Assembly: GCA_964016885.1 (NCBI GenBank)
Contig: CAXHJY010001386.1
Span: forward strand, 62,001 to 126,000
Length of the DNA stretch: 64,000 bases
Source of the DNA: Eledone cirrhosa
Taxonomy: Eukaryota
Reading direction: 5' to 3'
Each line of letters starts with the position of its first letter. The first letter of the stretch is position 1. Of this stretch, positions 40,929 to 54,820 are shown piece by piece. The translations under genes were made by a program, and so were the position numbers. A model generated the notes under the pieces. It made no database searches. It was not told the DNA's origin and worked only from the letters and a program-made list of their open reading frames with translations.

Positions 40929-41078
40929 ATCTATATATGTATATATATGTATATATATGTATATAATGTATATATATGTATATATGTATATATATGTATA
41001 TATATATATATAATGTATATATATGTATATATATAATCTATATATATATATATATAATCTCTCTCTCTCTCTCTCTCG

Positions 41079-41126
<48 letters not shown>

Positions 41127-42341
41127 TATATATATATATATATATATATATAATCTCTCTATATATATATATATAATCTCTCTATATATATATATATAAT
41201 CTATATATATATATATATATAATCTCTATATATATATATATATAATCTATATATATATATATATATAATCTCTATATATATATATATATAATCTATATAT
41301 ATATATATATATAATCTATATACATATATATATATAATCTATATATATATATATATATATAATCTATATATATATATATATATATAATCTATATATATAT
41401 ATATATATAATCTATATATATATATATATATATATAATCTATATATATATATATATATATATATAATCTATATATATATATATATATATATATAATCTAT
41501 ATACATATATATATATAATCTATATATATATATATATATATATATAATCTATATATATATATATATATAATCTATATATATATATATATATAATCTATAT
41601 ATATATATATATATATAATCTATATATATATATATATATATAATCTATATATATATATATATATATATAATCTATATATATATATATATATATATAATCT
41701 ATATATATATATATATATAATCTATATATATATATATATAATCTATATATATATATATATATATAATCTATATATATATATATATATAATCTATATATAT
41801 ATATATAATCTATATATATATATATAATCTCTATATATATATATAATCTATATATATATATATATAATCTATATATATATATATATATATATAATCTATA
41901 TATATATATATATATATATAATCTATATACATATATATATATAATCTATATATATATATATATATATATATAATCTATATATATATATATATATAATCTA
42001 TATATATATATATATATAATCTATATATATATATATATATATAATCTATATATATATATATATATATAATCTATATATATATATATATATATATAATCTA
42101 TATATATATATATATATATATAATCTATATATATATATATATATAATCTATATATATATATATATAATCTATATATATATATATATATATAATCTATATA
42201 TATATATATATATAATCTATATATATATATATAATCTATATATATATATATAATCTCTATATATATATATAATCTATATATATATATATATAATCTATAT
42301 ATATATATATATATATATAATCTATATATATATATATATAA

Positions 42342-42375
<34 letters not shown>

Positions 42376-42449
42376 AATTATATATATATATATAGATTAT
42401 ATATAGATTATATATAGATTATATATATATATTTATAATCTATATATAA

Positions 42450-42507
<58 letters not shown>

Positions 42508-42667
42508 CTCTCTCTCTCTCTCTCTCTCTCCCTCCCTCTCTCTCTCTCTCTCCCTCCCCCTCTCTCTCTCTCCCTCTCTCTCTATATATATATATATAAT
42601 CTATATATATATATAATCTATATATATATATATATAATCTATAAATATATATATGTATATATATATC

Positions 42668-42698
<31 letters not shown>

Positions 42699-42726
42699 AT
42701 CTCTATATATATATATATATATATAA

Positions 42727-42875
<149 letters not shown>

Positions 42876-42899
42876 CTATATATATATATATATATATAT

Positions 42900-45800
42900 A
42901 TCATCATCATCAACGTTTAACGTCCGTGTTCCACGCTTGCATGGTTTTGGACGGGGGTATTCCCACTTGAGGCAAGAGTGATTGTCTTGCTTGCATAGGA
43001 CTGTCTGGCAGGTTTCCTACAGTTGGATGCCCTTTCTAACACCAACCACATTTACAGTGTGGGTCTGGGAGGTTTTTACCGTGTTGCCTACACGGCCACA
43101 TTACAGCGTGGACTGTGTGTTTTTTGTCGTGACACCTACATGATCTCATTTGTTTCGGCCTGGATGGCGCGGCAGCAACATAACTTAACATAGAATGGGG
43201 TGGTGTGGATGTGGTGGGACGGGGGTGTATTTTGTTAGAGATGCCTACTGGCTGTAGTAGGTTTTACTATGTATTTAGGTAAGGCGGGTCTTCTCTGTCA
43301 CTGAGTACCGCCAAAGGTCTCGGTTCAGTGACATTGTCTTGGAGACGTGTAAGTGTGTGAGGTCGGAGTTTATCAGCTCGTCCCAGGTTTTTCTAGGTCT
43401 GCCTATTCCGTGGCTACCGTCTATCTTTATTGCCCTGCACTTTGTTATACAGCTATCGACTTTCATGCGCATCACGTGTCCATACCAACGTAGCCTTCTC
43501 TCGAGTAAACATCTGATCCCTCTTATTTCTAATTTTTTCCTTAGTTCGTTTATGCTTTGCCGTTCACGTATATTACTATTACACATCCAGCGGAGCATGC
43601 AAGCTTCGTTCCTCTCTATCCTGCGTATATCCTCTGCACACAATGCCCAGGCCTCACTGTCATGCAACATTGCTGTTCGTATGCAGGCATCATACAACTT
43701 GCCTTTCATTTTTAGGGAGAACCCTTTAGCAGCTAATAGTGGTATAAGCTCTCTGAACTTTTTCCATCCAGTTCTGACTCTAGCTACTGTACTTTCAGAG
43801 CACCCTTCCCCACTGCTGATTTTGTCGCCCAGGTAACGGAAGCTGTCCACTATTTCTGTAGAACCCTCTGCGCAATTGAAAGAGCTAGTATTTGTGGGCA
43901 CTTGCTGCTACTTATTGCACCAGAGCACCGGCCACATGTAAAATCTATGTTCTTAGTTAGCTTACCTGTGATCCCACTACACCTTTTATGCACCCATACC
44001 TTGCATTTGGGACATAAAACGGAGTTTCTACCTACGCCTTTCCTACACACTGAGCATGGCCATTTCTCAGAAGGGACCGCCGCCTTATTTTCTTTCCTAC
44101 AAACTAGAACTTTAGTCTTAGCCAGGTTAATTTTTAGTCCTTTTGATTCTAGGCCGTGCTTCCATGTTTGGAATTTCTTCTCTAGCTCGGCCATTGATTC
44201 AGCTATGAGTGTCAGGTCGTCTGCGTATAGGAGTTCCCATGGGCAGCCGGTCTTGAACTCCTCTGTTATAGCCTGACGGGCAATAATAAATAGTAGGGGG
44301 CTGAGAACAGAGCCCTGATGGACGCCAACTTGTACGCTAAACTCTTCACTATATTCGTTGTTAATTCTAACCTTGCTGACTGTTTCTTTATACATGGCTT
44401 GTATAGCTCTCACAAGCCATTCATCAACACCTAGTTTTCTAAGAGCCCACCAGATAATGGAACGGGGGACTCTGTCGAAGGCCTTCTCCAAGTCGACGAA
44501 AGCTAAGTATAGGGGTTTACTTTTAGCTAGATACTTCTCCTGTAGTTGTCGTACAATGAAAAGAGCGTCTGTGGTACTTTTGCCTGACACAAACCCGAAC
44601 TGCATTTCATCTAGATCAATTCGCTCTCTGATTAGTTGCGCTATTACTTTTTCTGTGACCTCCATGACCTGGTCAATTAATTTAATGCCTCTATAGTTAC
44701 TCCTATCTAGGGCATCTCCTTTACCCTTATAACAGTTAACGGTGATGCTGCTACGCCAGTCCTTCGGAACAACCCCATTCTGTATGACTTGGTTGACTAT
44801 CCGGGTGACCATGGTGTGTCCCACCGTACCAGATGCCTTCAGCATCTCGGCAACTATTTCCGAAGGCCCAGCCGCCTTGCCTGTCTTCATATCTTTGATT
44901 GCCTTACTTATTATACTACCCTCGACTAACACTGCTGGTCCCTCTATTGGGTCGATGTGGGGGAGACTGTCTTTCTCCCATTTATTCTCCTCATTTAGAA
45001 GCCTTTCATAGTGACACTTCCAAGCTACCTTCTTATCGGCGTCGGTGATGGCAAGTACGCCGTCATCGTTAAGTACACACTTCTCCCCGACAATATCACT
45101 GTTTTCCTTGACACATTGCCTAGCAATCCTGAACACCTCACGTTTTTGGTCCTCACGTTGTAGAACATGCTTGAACTTTCTTTCCTCTGCTTCCCTTCTT
45201 GCGAAGTACACTTGTCTCCTAGCTTCCCTCCTGGCCACTAGATAGTCTTCTCTGCTTCCCCCATCCCGCCATACTTTCCAAGCCTGCTTTTTGGCCTTAA
45301 TTGACCCCTCCACCTTACTGTTCCACCACCATGTTACTCTCCTCCTGCCTACAGGCCTGCTCCAGCCACAGACTTCGTCTGTTGCCGTCAGCAGGTTTGC
45401 TTTCAGGAATTCCCACTGTTCCTCTACCTTGTACGACTCTAATTGCTCTTCCTTACTGTCGAAAGCATCAAGTAATATGCTTTGGAATTTATTTTTGGCT
45501 GTGGGGTCCTTTAGCTTCCATATTTTTCTCCTGAGGATAGTCCTCTTCTGTTGTCTAGTACGTCTCGTCCTGACTATTAGGTCGCTAATTATCAGTCTAT
45601 GTTGGGAGGTGCATTCTTCATGGGGGAGGGATTTAGTGTTTACAACAGTCACTTTGTCACGTCTTCAGGTAAGGATATAATCTACCTGGCTGGTATGTTC
45701 CCCTGATCTGTAGGTGATCAAGTTATTGTCTCGTTTTTTGAAGTTAGTGTTGCAGATAGTTAGGTTATTTGCGTCACAGAATTCCAGGATTCTGGAGCCT

Positions 45801-46087
45801 TCCTCATTTCTAGTACCAAACCCATAGCCTCCATGGATTTCGTCGTAGCCGTCACAATGTTGTCCAACATGACCGTTTAGGTCGCCTGCAATAATTATAT
45901 AGTCACTGTCGGTTATTTGGGAGGTAGTGAGCATCAGTGTCTCATAGAATCTGTCTTTTATAGTGCTGGGCAGTCCGGATTGGGGTGCGTACGCGGATAT
46001 TACTGTCACCGTGGTTCTATTGAGGACAAGTCTTATTTTAATTATTCTGTCGTTCACTCTATTTACGTCTATTATCTTATCTGCCCA

Positions 46088-46090
<3 letters not shown>
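42900..46090 (-). mobile_element. RTE-A longest copy (3.2 kb), 5'-truncated in the endonuclease
   Basis: APE + RT + PHD + 3' UTR + (GAT)n; TA arrays on both sides. Confidence 0.95.
43275..46090 (-). pseudogene. RTE-A ORF with one nonsense codon (45665) and one frameshift (about 43895)
   Basis: Track ORFs 45665-46057, 43850-45652 and 43275-43901 are collinear with copies 2 and 3. Confidence 0.9.
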
Positions 46091-46118
<28 letters not shown>

Positions 46119-46537
46119 ATCTCTCTCTATATATATATATAATCTATATATATATATAATCTCTCTATATATATATATAATCTATATATATATATATATA
46201 ATCTATATATATATATAATCTATATATATCTATATATAATCTATAAATATATATATAATCTATATATATATATATATATAATCTATATATATATATATAT
46301 ATAATCTATATATATATATATATATAATCTCTATATATATATAATCTATATATATATATATAATCTCTATATATATATATATATATATAATCTATATATA
46401 TATATATATATAATCTATATATATATATATAATCTATATATATATATATATAATCTCTCTATATATATATATAATCTCTCTCTATATATATATAATCTCT
46501 CTATATATATATATAATCTCTCTATATATATATATAA

Positions 46538-46572
<35 letters not shown>

Positions 46573-46747
46573 ATATATATATATATATAAAATCTATATA
46601 TATATATAATCTATATATATATATATATAATCTATATATATATATATAAAATCTATATATATATATAAAATCTATATATATATATATATATAATCTATAT
46701 ATATATATATATATATATAATCTATATACATATATATATATATATAA

Positions 46748-46783
<36 letters not shown>

Positions 46784-48190
46784 CTATATATATATATATA
46801 TAATCTATATATATATATATATATATAATCTATATATATATATATATAATCTATATATATATATATATATATAATCTATATATATATATATATAATCTAT
46901 ATATATATATATAATCTATATATATATATATAATCTATATATATATATATATAATCTATATATATATATATATATAATCTATATATATATATATATAATC
47001 TATATATATATATATATAATCTATATATATATATATATAATCTATATATATATATATATAATCTATATATATATATATATAATCTATATATATATATATA
47101 TAATCTATATATATATATATATATATAATCTATATATATATATATATAATCTATATATATATATATATAATCTATATATATATATATATAATCTATATAT
47201 ATATATATATAATCTATATATATATATAATCTATATATATATATATATAATCTATATATATATATATATAATCTATATATATATATATATAATCTATATA
47301 TATATATATATATAATCTATATATATATATATATAATCTATATATATATATATATAATCTATATATATATATATATAATCTATATATATATATATATAAT
47401 CTATATATATATATATATATAATCTATATATATATATATATAATCTATATATATATATATATAATCTATATATATATATATATAATCTATATATATATAT
47501 ATATAATCTATATATATATATATATATAATCTATATATATATATATAATCTATATATATATATATAATCTATATATAATCTATATATAATCTATATATAT
47601 CTATATATATATATATATAATCTATATATATATATAATCTATATATATATATATATAATCTATATATATATATATATATAATCTATATATATATATATAT
47701 AATCTATATATATATATATATAATCTATATATATATATATATATAATCTATATATATATATATATAATCTATATATATATATATATAATCTCTATATATA
47801 TATATATAATCTCTATATATATATATATAATCTATATATATATATATATATAATCTATATATATATATATATATAATCTATATATATATATATATAATCT
47901 ATATATATATATATATAATCTATATATATATATATATAATCTATATATATATATATATAATCTATATATATATATATATAATCTATATATATATATATAT
48001 AATCTATATATATATATAATCTATATATATATATAATCTATATATATATATATATAATCTATATATATATATATACAATCTATATATATATAATCTCTAT
48101 ATATATATATAGATATAGATATAGAGATAGAGATAGAGATACATATATATAGATATATAGGTATATAGATATAGATATATATATAGATAT

Positions 48191-49203
48191 GTTTCTTTTA
48201 TTTGCCACCAGGGCATCAAAAGTGGGACAAGTACAATGGGGGGAGTTTACAAAACAAGGCGTCCTCAATAAGGAGGAGGCAAAACAAAATATAAAAATAA
48301 AATAAAATATAACAGAATAAAATATATAACAAAATTCTCAATAGAGAGGAGGCGCCTTGGGGGGTCGCACACACCCCCGAAAAAAAGTGTGCAACCCTTT
48401 TCCTCAGGAGCACAGAGAAGGGGTGCTCCCTTGGTCTTTCATCTTCCTCACCTATAGTCTGATGTAGAGTGAAGGCCCATTCACACGGGCCATTCTCGCC
48501 ACTTTCACCCATCTTTCATAAAAACGGCTGGGGTGCAGCACCTCTCTCTCCATCCTGATCCTTCTTCCGAAATGATATCGGAAGAAACGGACCAGTTGTT
48601 GGCCAGAGAGAAAGGTGTCTGACCTCAGTCCTTTCAGACGCGTCCACCATACAACCGCTTTCGCCATGGCTATTACGCACAGAAACACCGCCTCTTCTTC
48701 GTTTTTGAAGAGGGGAGGCGGCTTGATCGTTACAATAGACTCGGTGGTCAACCGGATCGGTCCCACCCTTGACAGCAGTTGTTCGACATAGCCCCACAGA
48801 TCGGCTACGCCCGAGCAGTGTACCAATGTGTGTGCAACGGTTTCCGCGTCGCACACGCATCTGGGACAGATCTTTTTCGAGGGGTCCCTACCCGGGCGCC
48901 CATGTCTGTAGAGCCTTTCTCGAACGGGCAGAGCCCTTCTGTTGCATTGCCAGGCCAGGGACCTCTGGAAGTTATCCATGGGTCCCGGGCTGAATGTCCT
49001 ACCGAACAGGTTGGCCAGTTCCTCTTCCTCCATGTCTAGGGCTTCTCCGAGGGCGTCGTCGCACCTGCTAACCACCAGCCCTCTATAGAATGACGAGGTG
49101 GATTCTCCACTGACAGCCGGGTCCGCCTGCCAGAGAGCCGTGAGCGCCTGGGCACACTCGGTGTCCCAGGCGCCCAGTTTTCTCGGTCTTTGCTTGACCC
49201 AGG
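48191..49203 (-). mobile_element. Tx1/L1-like LINE 3' fragment with CCHC zinc finger and 3' UTR
   Basis: AWQCNRRALPVRERL...CPRCVCDAETVAHTLVHC...W; T-rich 3' UTR ending AATAAAAGAAAC; flanked by TAGA/TA repeats. Confidence 0.8.
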
Positions 49204-49244
49204 ATAGATAGATAGATAGATAGATATACATGTATATATATATA

Positions 49245-49533
49245 TGGTGGCTGCCAACTCGTTTTCGAGTATGGCCACTATTTTATATCCATGTAGGAGA
49301 ACCCCTACCGATGCGCTGAACGAGTGTGACTTTTTAGTCCAGCCAGCGACTTGAAAACACTGGTACAAACACCTCCCTTGTGACAATTATTGACACATAG
49401 TGCTGGGCCCATGGTACCATGTGACAAGTGCAGAGAGATCTCCAGATATAAAGCAATGCCTGTGCCGTGAAGCTTTTATAGTGAGCAAAGGCACTGCACA
49501 AAGCCAGTCCCACTCTCTTAACCAAGAAGATAT
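49245..49533 (-). mobile_element. 3' end of the C2H2-tipped LINE family, copy 2
   Basis: Highly similar to 16957-17250 with the same 3' terminus before (TA)n. Confidence 0.7.
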
Positions 49534-49604
49534 AGTTTTATATATATATACTTGTATAAATGCATGCGCGTGTGCAGACGCATACTGCATCCAGTATAAT
49601 AAAA

Positions 49605-49748
49605 GTATTGGCATTAGGAAGGGCATGCAGCTGTAGAAATTATACCAAAATAGAATGTATGCTCTCCCCTCCAAACCCATCTAGCCTTGAACCAATACAA
49701 CCCATCTAGCCCATGCCAGCATGGAAAGTTGACAAAATGAGGATGATA
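49605..49748 (+). mobile_element. Old SINE/RTE 3' fragment
   Basis: TTGGCATTAGGAAGGGCATGCAGCTGTAGAAA...CCCATGCCAGCATGGAAA...ATGAGGATGAT. Confidence 0.65.
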
Positions 49749-51100
49749 CACTTACACGCATACATAAAATACACACAAGCGTAATAATATACACAAACAT
49801 ATATTAGAATTCATACACATAAATACATTCATCTTTGTATCAAATCTTAATTACTATCATTTTACATCCAGCATGAACTTCAGTGTTTTATCATTTATCT
49901 CTGATGCAGTGTCACACCAGCAGAGCATACCAGCTATTTTTCTTATTGTGTGGGTTTTTTTGCAGGTATGGTTGTTACAGTTGGATGGTAATATGTAGTG
50001 TAACATGTTTGTAGTACTTCTGGTGGTTGTGTGCTGTATTTATTGGTGGGGTTGATATATAGTACAATGTTTCCCGAAGAGGGTTCCAAGGAACCCTAAT
50101 GTTCTATAAGATAAGGTGTCTTTTAATAAATTTTATTACAATTCTTTTTTTAAATTTTTTTTTATTTTAATGCCTTATTCAAATGGAGGTATTGGTTCTG
50201 TGATTCTGGAAGGTCTTATAAAGGTTCCACATCAAAATAGGTTTGGGAACCACAAGTATGTGGTATTGTATAGTTGCTTCTGCTGCTGTGGTGTTCGTGG
50301 TGATGGTTGTGATGTGTAATTTATGTTAGTGCTGGTGTTGATGATGTGCAATGTAATGGTATTAATGATGGGTTGGTGTAGTTGCTGCTGTGGTATTGGT
50401 GGTGAAGGTGGCAGTGTATGGTGTTGTTGTTGTTGTTGGTGTACAGTGTATGATGTGTGCAGTGATATGTGTGTAGCATATGATATTTGTGTTTTTGGTA
50501 GTGTAGATTAGTAGGGGTATTGGTAAAGATGGAAGTGTTTTATATCGCAGAATATACGATTGTAGTTTGATGTGTGGTATTGGTGGTAGTAGTGGAGGTG
50601 TTTGTGTGTAATTGTTATTCTACTGAAACTTTACCGTTGAAAGCAGCCTCTACAACATCCTCTTGATGCTGCTACCACTGCCATCATCGACTGCAGCAAT
50701 ATAAGCATTAACCAGAGCTGCTGCAACTACTGCTTCTACCACTATTACTTCTGTGGTTGCTGCTCTCATCAATATTACAAATGTCTGTAAATCAATTTCT
50801 GGCAAACATGGAGTGTTCTACACCTTACATTCATTCTAAACTACATCATCATCTCTCATCCTTTATCCCTTTCACACACACATTTTTTCCCATATGAGAC
50901 TTAACAGTAATGAACCATTCCACAGCTCTCACAAGACTGGAATCTAGCAAAACTACCATTTCGCAATATGTGTTGTTAGATTCAATCTCCAAGCACTCAT
51001 CACCACAATAGGGTTTTGGGACATGATCCCCTTTATCATCATTATTATTTGCTTGGTAATACTTATAATAAATTATAGCAATACAGAAAAGATTATTATT

Positions 51101-51231
51101 AATAATTGTTTCTACTTTTGGCACAAGACCAGCAATTACTCAGTACATTACTGGTACTTTATTTTATCGACCCCGTAAGGATGAAAGGCAAAGTTAACGT
51201 CGGCGGGATTTGAACTCAGATCGTAAAGGGA
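51101..51231 (-). mobile_element. SINE family 2, 5'-truncated
   Basis: Reverse complement of GAGTTCAAATCCCGCCGA..TTTGCCTTTCATCCTTACGGGGTCGATAAAATAAAGTACCAG...GTAGAAACAATTATT. Confidence 0.85.
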
Positions 51232-51269
51232 TGTATTATTAATAATGTTAAAAAATCACCATCATCATT

Positions 51270-51364
51270 CCTTTCATCCTTACGTGGTCCATAAAATAAA
51301 GTACCAGTAATGTACTGGGATAATTGCTGGCTTTGTGCCAAAAGTAGAAACAATTATTATTATT
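51270..51364 (+). mobile_element. SINE family 2, 3' fragment
   Basis: CCTTTCATCCTTACG...GTAGAAACAATTATTATT. Confidence 0.8.
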
Positions 51365-51460
51365 CAGTCTCAAGTACTGAGGCTGATTTAATTGACTATA
51401 ACCTCCCTTCAAATTTTTGATTTTATGCCTTAATTAGAAATCATTATTTGTTTGTTTATA

Positions 51461-51651
51461 GGGCGGTGAATTGGCAGTATCGGTAGAGGCTCGGACGCCA
51501 TGCTTTGACGCATAGTTACGGCCCTTGCCATTCTGAGTTCAAATCCCGCCGAGGTTAACTTTGCCTTTCATCCTTATGGGGTCGATAAAATAAAGTACCA
51601 GTAATCTACTGGGTAATTATTGGCCTTGTGCCAATAGTAGAAACAATTATT
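51461..51651 (+). mobile_element. SINE family 2, full length
   Basis: A-box-like TGGCAGTATCGG, B box GAGTTCAAATCC; near-identical to 56664-56853. Confidence 0.88.
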
Positions 51652-52029
51652 TGTTTGTTTATATTTGTTGCTTTAATTTTTCTACCTCCCTGTATTTGTA
51701 AACCCCCCCCCCCCACCCACCCACACACATCTCAGTGAAACCTTGTAATAAATCTGAGCAATCAAATATTTGCCCTACTATAATTTCACAATGTCTTCCT
51801 AGATTCCTCTGTCGTACACATGCACACACACACACTCTGAACAGTTTTTGTCATGGTTGAGTGGGTATCTGAGGTGGGAAACAAGCTATAACCATTCCTA
51901 ACCACTAAACTCATTCGCTTACTGAGTGGGGTGGAACTCATCAAATTGGACCAGGAAAAACAATGTTTTCATTGGTCTTTCCATACCTGGCACTATCTAC
52001 TGGTCACAACTCCTAGCAGAAAGAGCAAC

Positions 52030-52138
52030 ATAAAATAAAGCGTCTTGCTCAAGGACATAATGCATCACCCAGTCCAGGAAGTGAACTTGCAACCTCATGA
52101 TTTCAAATCCAATTATCTAATTACTAAGCCATGTGCCA
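52030..52138 (-). mobile_element. Older copy of the head of the 39045-39438 SINE
   Basis: Similar to 39330-39436 (TCTTGCTCAAGGA...ACTAAGCCATGTGCC). Confidence 0.7.
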
Positions 52139-52226
52139 CATTATGATATTATGCCTATGTGACCTGCAAGGTTAACCCTTGCTTTAGCTGGAAAAAAGGC
52201 CTTAAAATGCTTGTTGGTTGGTATTA

Positions 52227-52344
52227 TGAGTTCAAATCCCGCCGAGGTTAACTTTGCCTTTCATCCTTACGGGGTCGATAAAATAAAGTACCAGTAATGC
52301 ACTGGTTAATTGCTGGCCTTGTGCCAAAAAGTAGAAACAATTAT
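52227..52344 (+). mobile_element. SINE family 2, 5'-truncated
   Basis: Matches 51533-51650. Confidence 0.85.
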
Positions 52345-52734
52345 GTATATATAGATAGTCCACATGAATTAGGTTATTCATCTCTTTTTATAGCTTCATT
52401 AAAATTTAGCATAAGATCTTTGTTTATTACTTGACTAAAGGTTAGAGTATAGATCATGCTTACATGGAATATAAGGATGTATAGTGTTATATAATATCCA
52501 GTACACTCCACTGCTGCACTGCCTATCCCAACCTGTGCAGCCAAGATAGTAAGTACTGCAGGGCAACTTGTACAAATATATCAGCATATATATTAATAAA
52601 TATATCAGTAGATATATTGATAGAACGATTGGAATATCAAAAAGTAGAAACACATAGTCACGTGCTTACATACACCCAGTATACACACATGAAAAAGAGG
52701 CAATGAATTGGATGATGCATATAGAAATGAATGT

Positions 52735-52887
52735 CATCATCATCATCATCATCATCATCATACATCTATCTTCCACGCTAGTATGGGTTTAGACGGGAAT
52801 TGTCCCACGTGAGGCAAGATTGGTTGTTTTGTTCGTATAGGACTGTCTGGCGGGTTTTCTATGGCTGGATGCCCTTCCTAACACCAA
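52735..52887 (-). mobile_element. RTE-A-like extreme 3' end (older)
   Basis: (ATC)n, terminal stem-loop and GGATGCCCTTCCTAACACCAA. Confidence 0.8.
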
Positions 52888-52966
52888 TATGTACATAAAT
52901 TTACATAAATATGTCCATGTTTATCCCTATATATACATATTTTCCTGTGAACATATTGGCATGAAT

Positions 52967-53045
52967 TGTAATTCTATAATAAATAAAATAGATTAAAATA
53001 ATGTTCAACATTATTTTAATCTATTTTATTTATTATAGAATTACA
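52967..53045. repeat. Perfect AT-rich palindrome, 39-bp arms, 1-nt spacer
   Basis: TGTAATTCTATAATAAATAAAATAGATTAAAATAATGTT-C-reverse complement. Confidence 0.95.
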
Positions 53046-53341
53046 CTTACTCAAGAAAAGGTCCTATCTATTTAGCAAAGTAAATCGAGAGATATATACA
53101 GAAGAAAGAAATTGAGAAGGATTAACCAGTGTATATGATGGGAGTGGGGAATGTATGTGGCAGTACCCAGTTAAATAGATCAATGGAAAGATTCAATCAA
53201 TATACTAATAAATTCATTGCACCTAACAGTTATAGTTATAATTTATTTAAAGATTTATACCTACCGTGTATGTAAAAAAACAACAAAAAAACTATGATAT
53301 GCATAAAAAATATATTCATTAAAGTAGCGAAATTATCTTAC

Positions 53342-53392
53342 CATTGCACGTAGAAAACAAGGTTTCTGCGAGCGGTGTTGTCAAAATATCCA
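53342..53392 (-). CDS. Candidate 51-nt host exon
   Basis: Minus strand ATATTTACAG|TGGATA...GCAATG|GTAAGA; length divisible by 3; two frames open (DILTTPLAETLFSTCN or GYFDNTARRNLVFYVQ). Confidence 0.3.
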
Positions 53393-53949
53393 CTGTAAAT
53401 ATTCTACCTTAATCGGTATAGGGCTAAAATTCTGCTATGCTATTTTCAGCTACATTAATTTTCAATTAACAAAGAAGGTTTTGCTGTTTGATGTTGCTAT
53501 TATGGATAAAAGAGAGCAGGTACCTATATTTATTAATCTGTTTAAGTCCAAGGGCTATCCTATTGATGTTTAATAAAAATAGGCAGGGTATATGTGTTTA
53601 TAGGTGGTGAATTGGCAGTCAAGAGCATCAGGTTAACTGCTTTGGTTATTGGTTCTGGCTCTCTGCACTTCAAGTTCAGACCCCACAGTGGTCAACTTTA
53701 CCTTTCATCTTTTTGGGGCTAATAAATAATGTACCAGTCTAGTGGCAGCGGATTTTCAGAAAAAGGTCAGGAAGGATACTTTGCAATGTCTGAGCCAACT
53801 CTGTGTGCTCTGAGTTCAAATTCCACCTCCTTTTGCCACAAGTTTTGACTGGCAGAGTGTATCAGCAATGGAAACAGAATTTCTTTGATCTGATCTAATC
53901 ATCAGCATTTTTTCTTTTATATGTATTTATAAAGCAGGTGGCTCCAATA

Positions 53950-54820
53950 ATACAGAATTTGTTGATACATATATGTTAGGGCCTGTAGAGGGGTTCCAGG
54001 ATGACAACTCTTCAGTGTATAAATTTGTTTCAGTGATTGTGATGCTTAGCATTTGTAACAATTGTGTGGGATCTCATTGCTTGCTACTCGTGATTAATGA
54101 GTGTTTGATATGGCACTTCTTCTGGTTACATGTAGCGATTGGGCCTTTGTTGGTTGGTATGGCCTTATTGGAGGATAATTTCATGATCTGTGTCCATGGA
54201 GTTAGTGCAAGTTTAGTATTAGGAGTTTCATGAAGTTTCATGTGAGTAAGTTATGCGTTTGGTTGTTAGATAGAATGAAGGGTGGCATCATCTATGTAGG
54301 TATGGGCATTGTTAGAAGTGATGGAAAATAGGTCTTTGATATTTAAGAGGATGGGTATGGGGACAAAACCAAACCTTGGAACATACCAGGGATGGTAGTG
54401 TGTGGGTGAGGGAGATCTCAATCAGCATATACCATAATGGTGCAGTCTGACTGGAAGACTACAATCCAATAGTTAAAATGTAGTGTGTCCATAGATTGAC
54501 AGCTTTCTTCAGTAAATTTATCAAGGGCAAGGACCTACTAGTAAATTACATAAGAGATTTAGTTTCCAGTAGATCTTAATTTACAAAAATCATGCTGTTG
54601 ATCAAAGTGAGAGAGGGATTGAAGCTGTTGAAGAAAGTTGTTGTTAATTGTTGTTTTCACCACCTTTGAGATGACAGGAGTACAACAGGACAGTAGTTGA
54701 CAGTTTCAAAGTGGTTGCCTTTTTTCAGAAGACACTTTTCCAAAGATCAAGAAGTGCTTTCAAAGTTAACATGTATGTGAAGATGAGCCTGTTGAGAGGG
54801 AAAGGGGTAGTTTTTAAGAT
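53950..54820 (-). mobile_element. Highly degenerate Penelope-like RT relic
   Basis: Minus-strand remnants FNSFNPSLT (near 54605-54632) and an LP.LD-like segment (near 54520-54532). Confidence 0.35.

Noticed and set aside
50637-50785. Minus-strand segment with acceptor and donor-like sites
   Set aside because: Stops in all three frames; low-complexity trinucleotide-rich region
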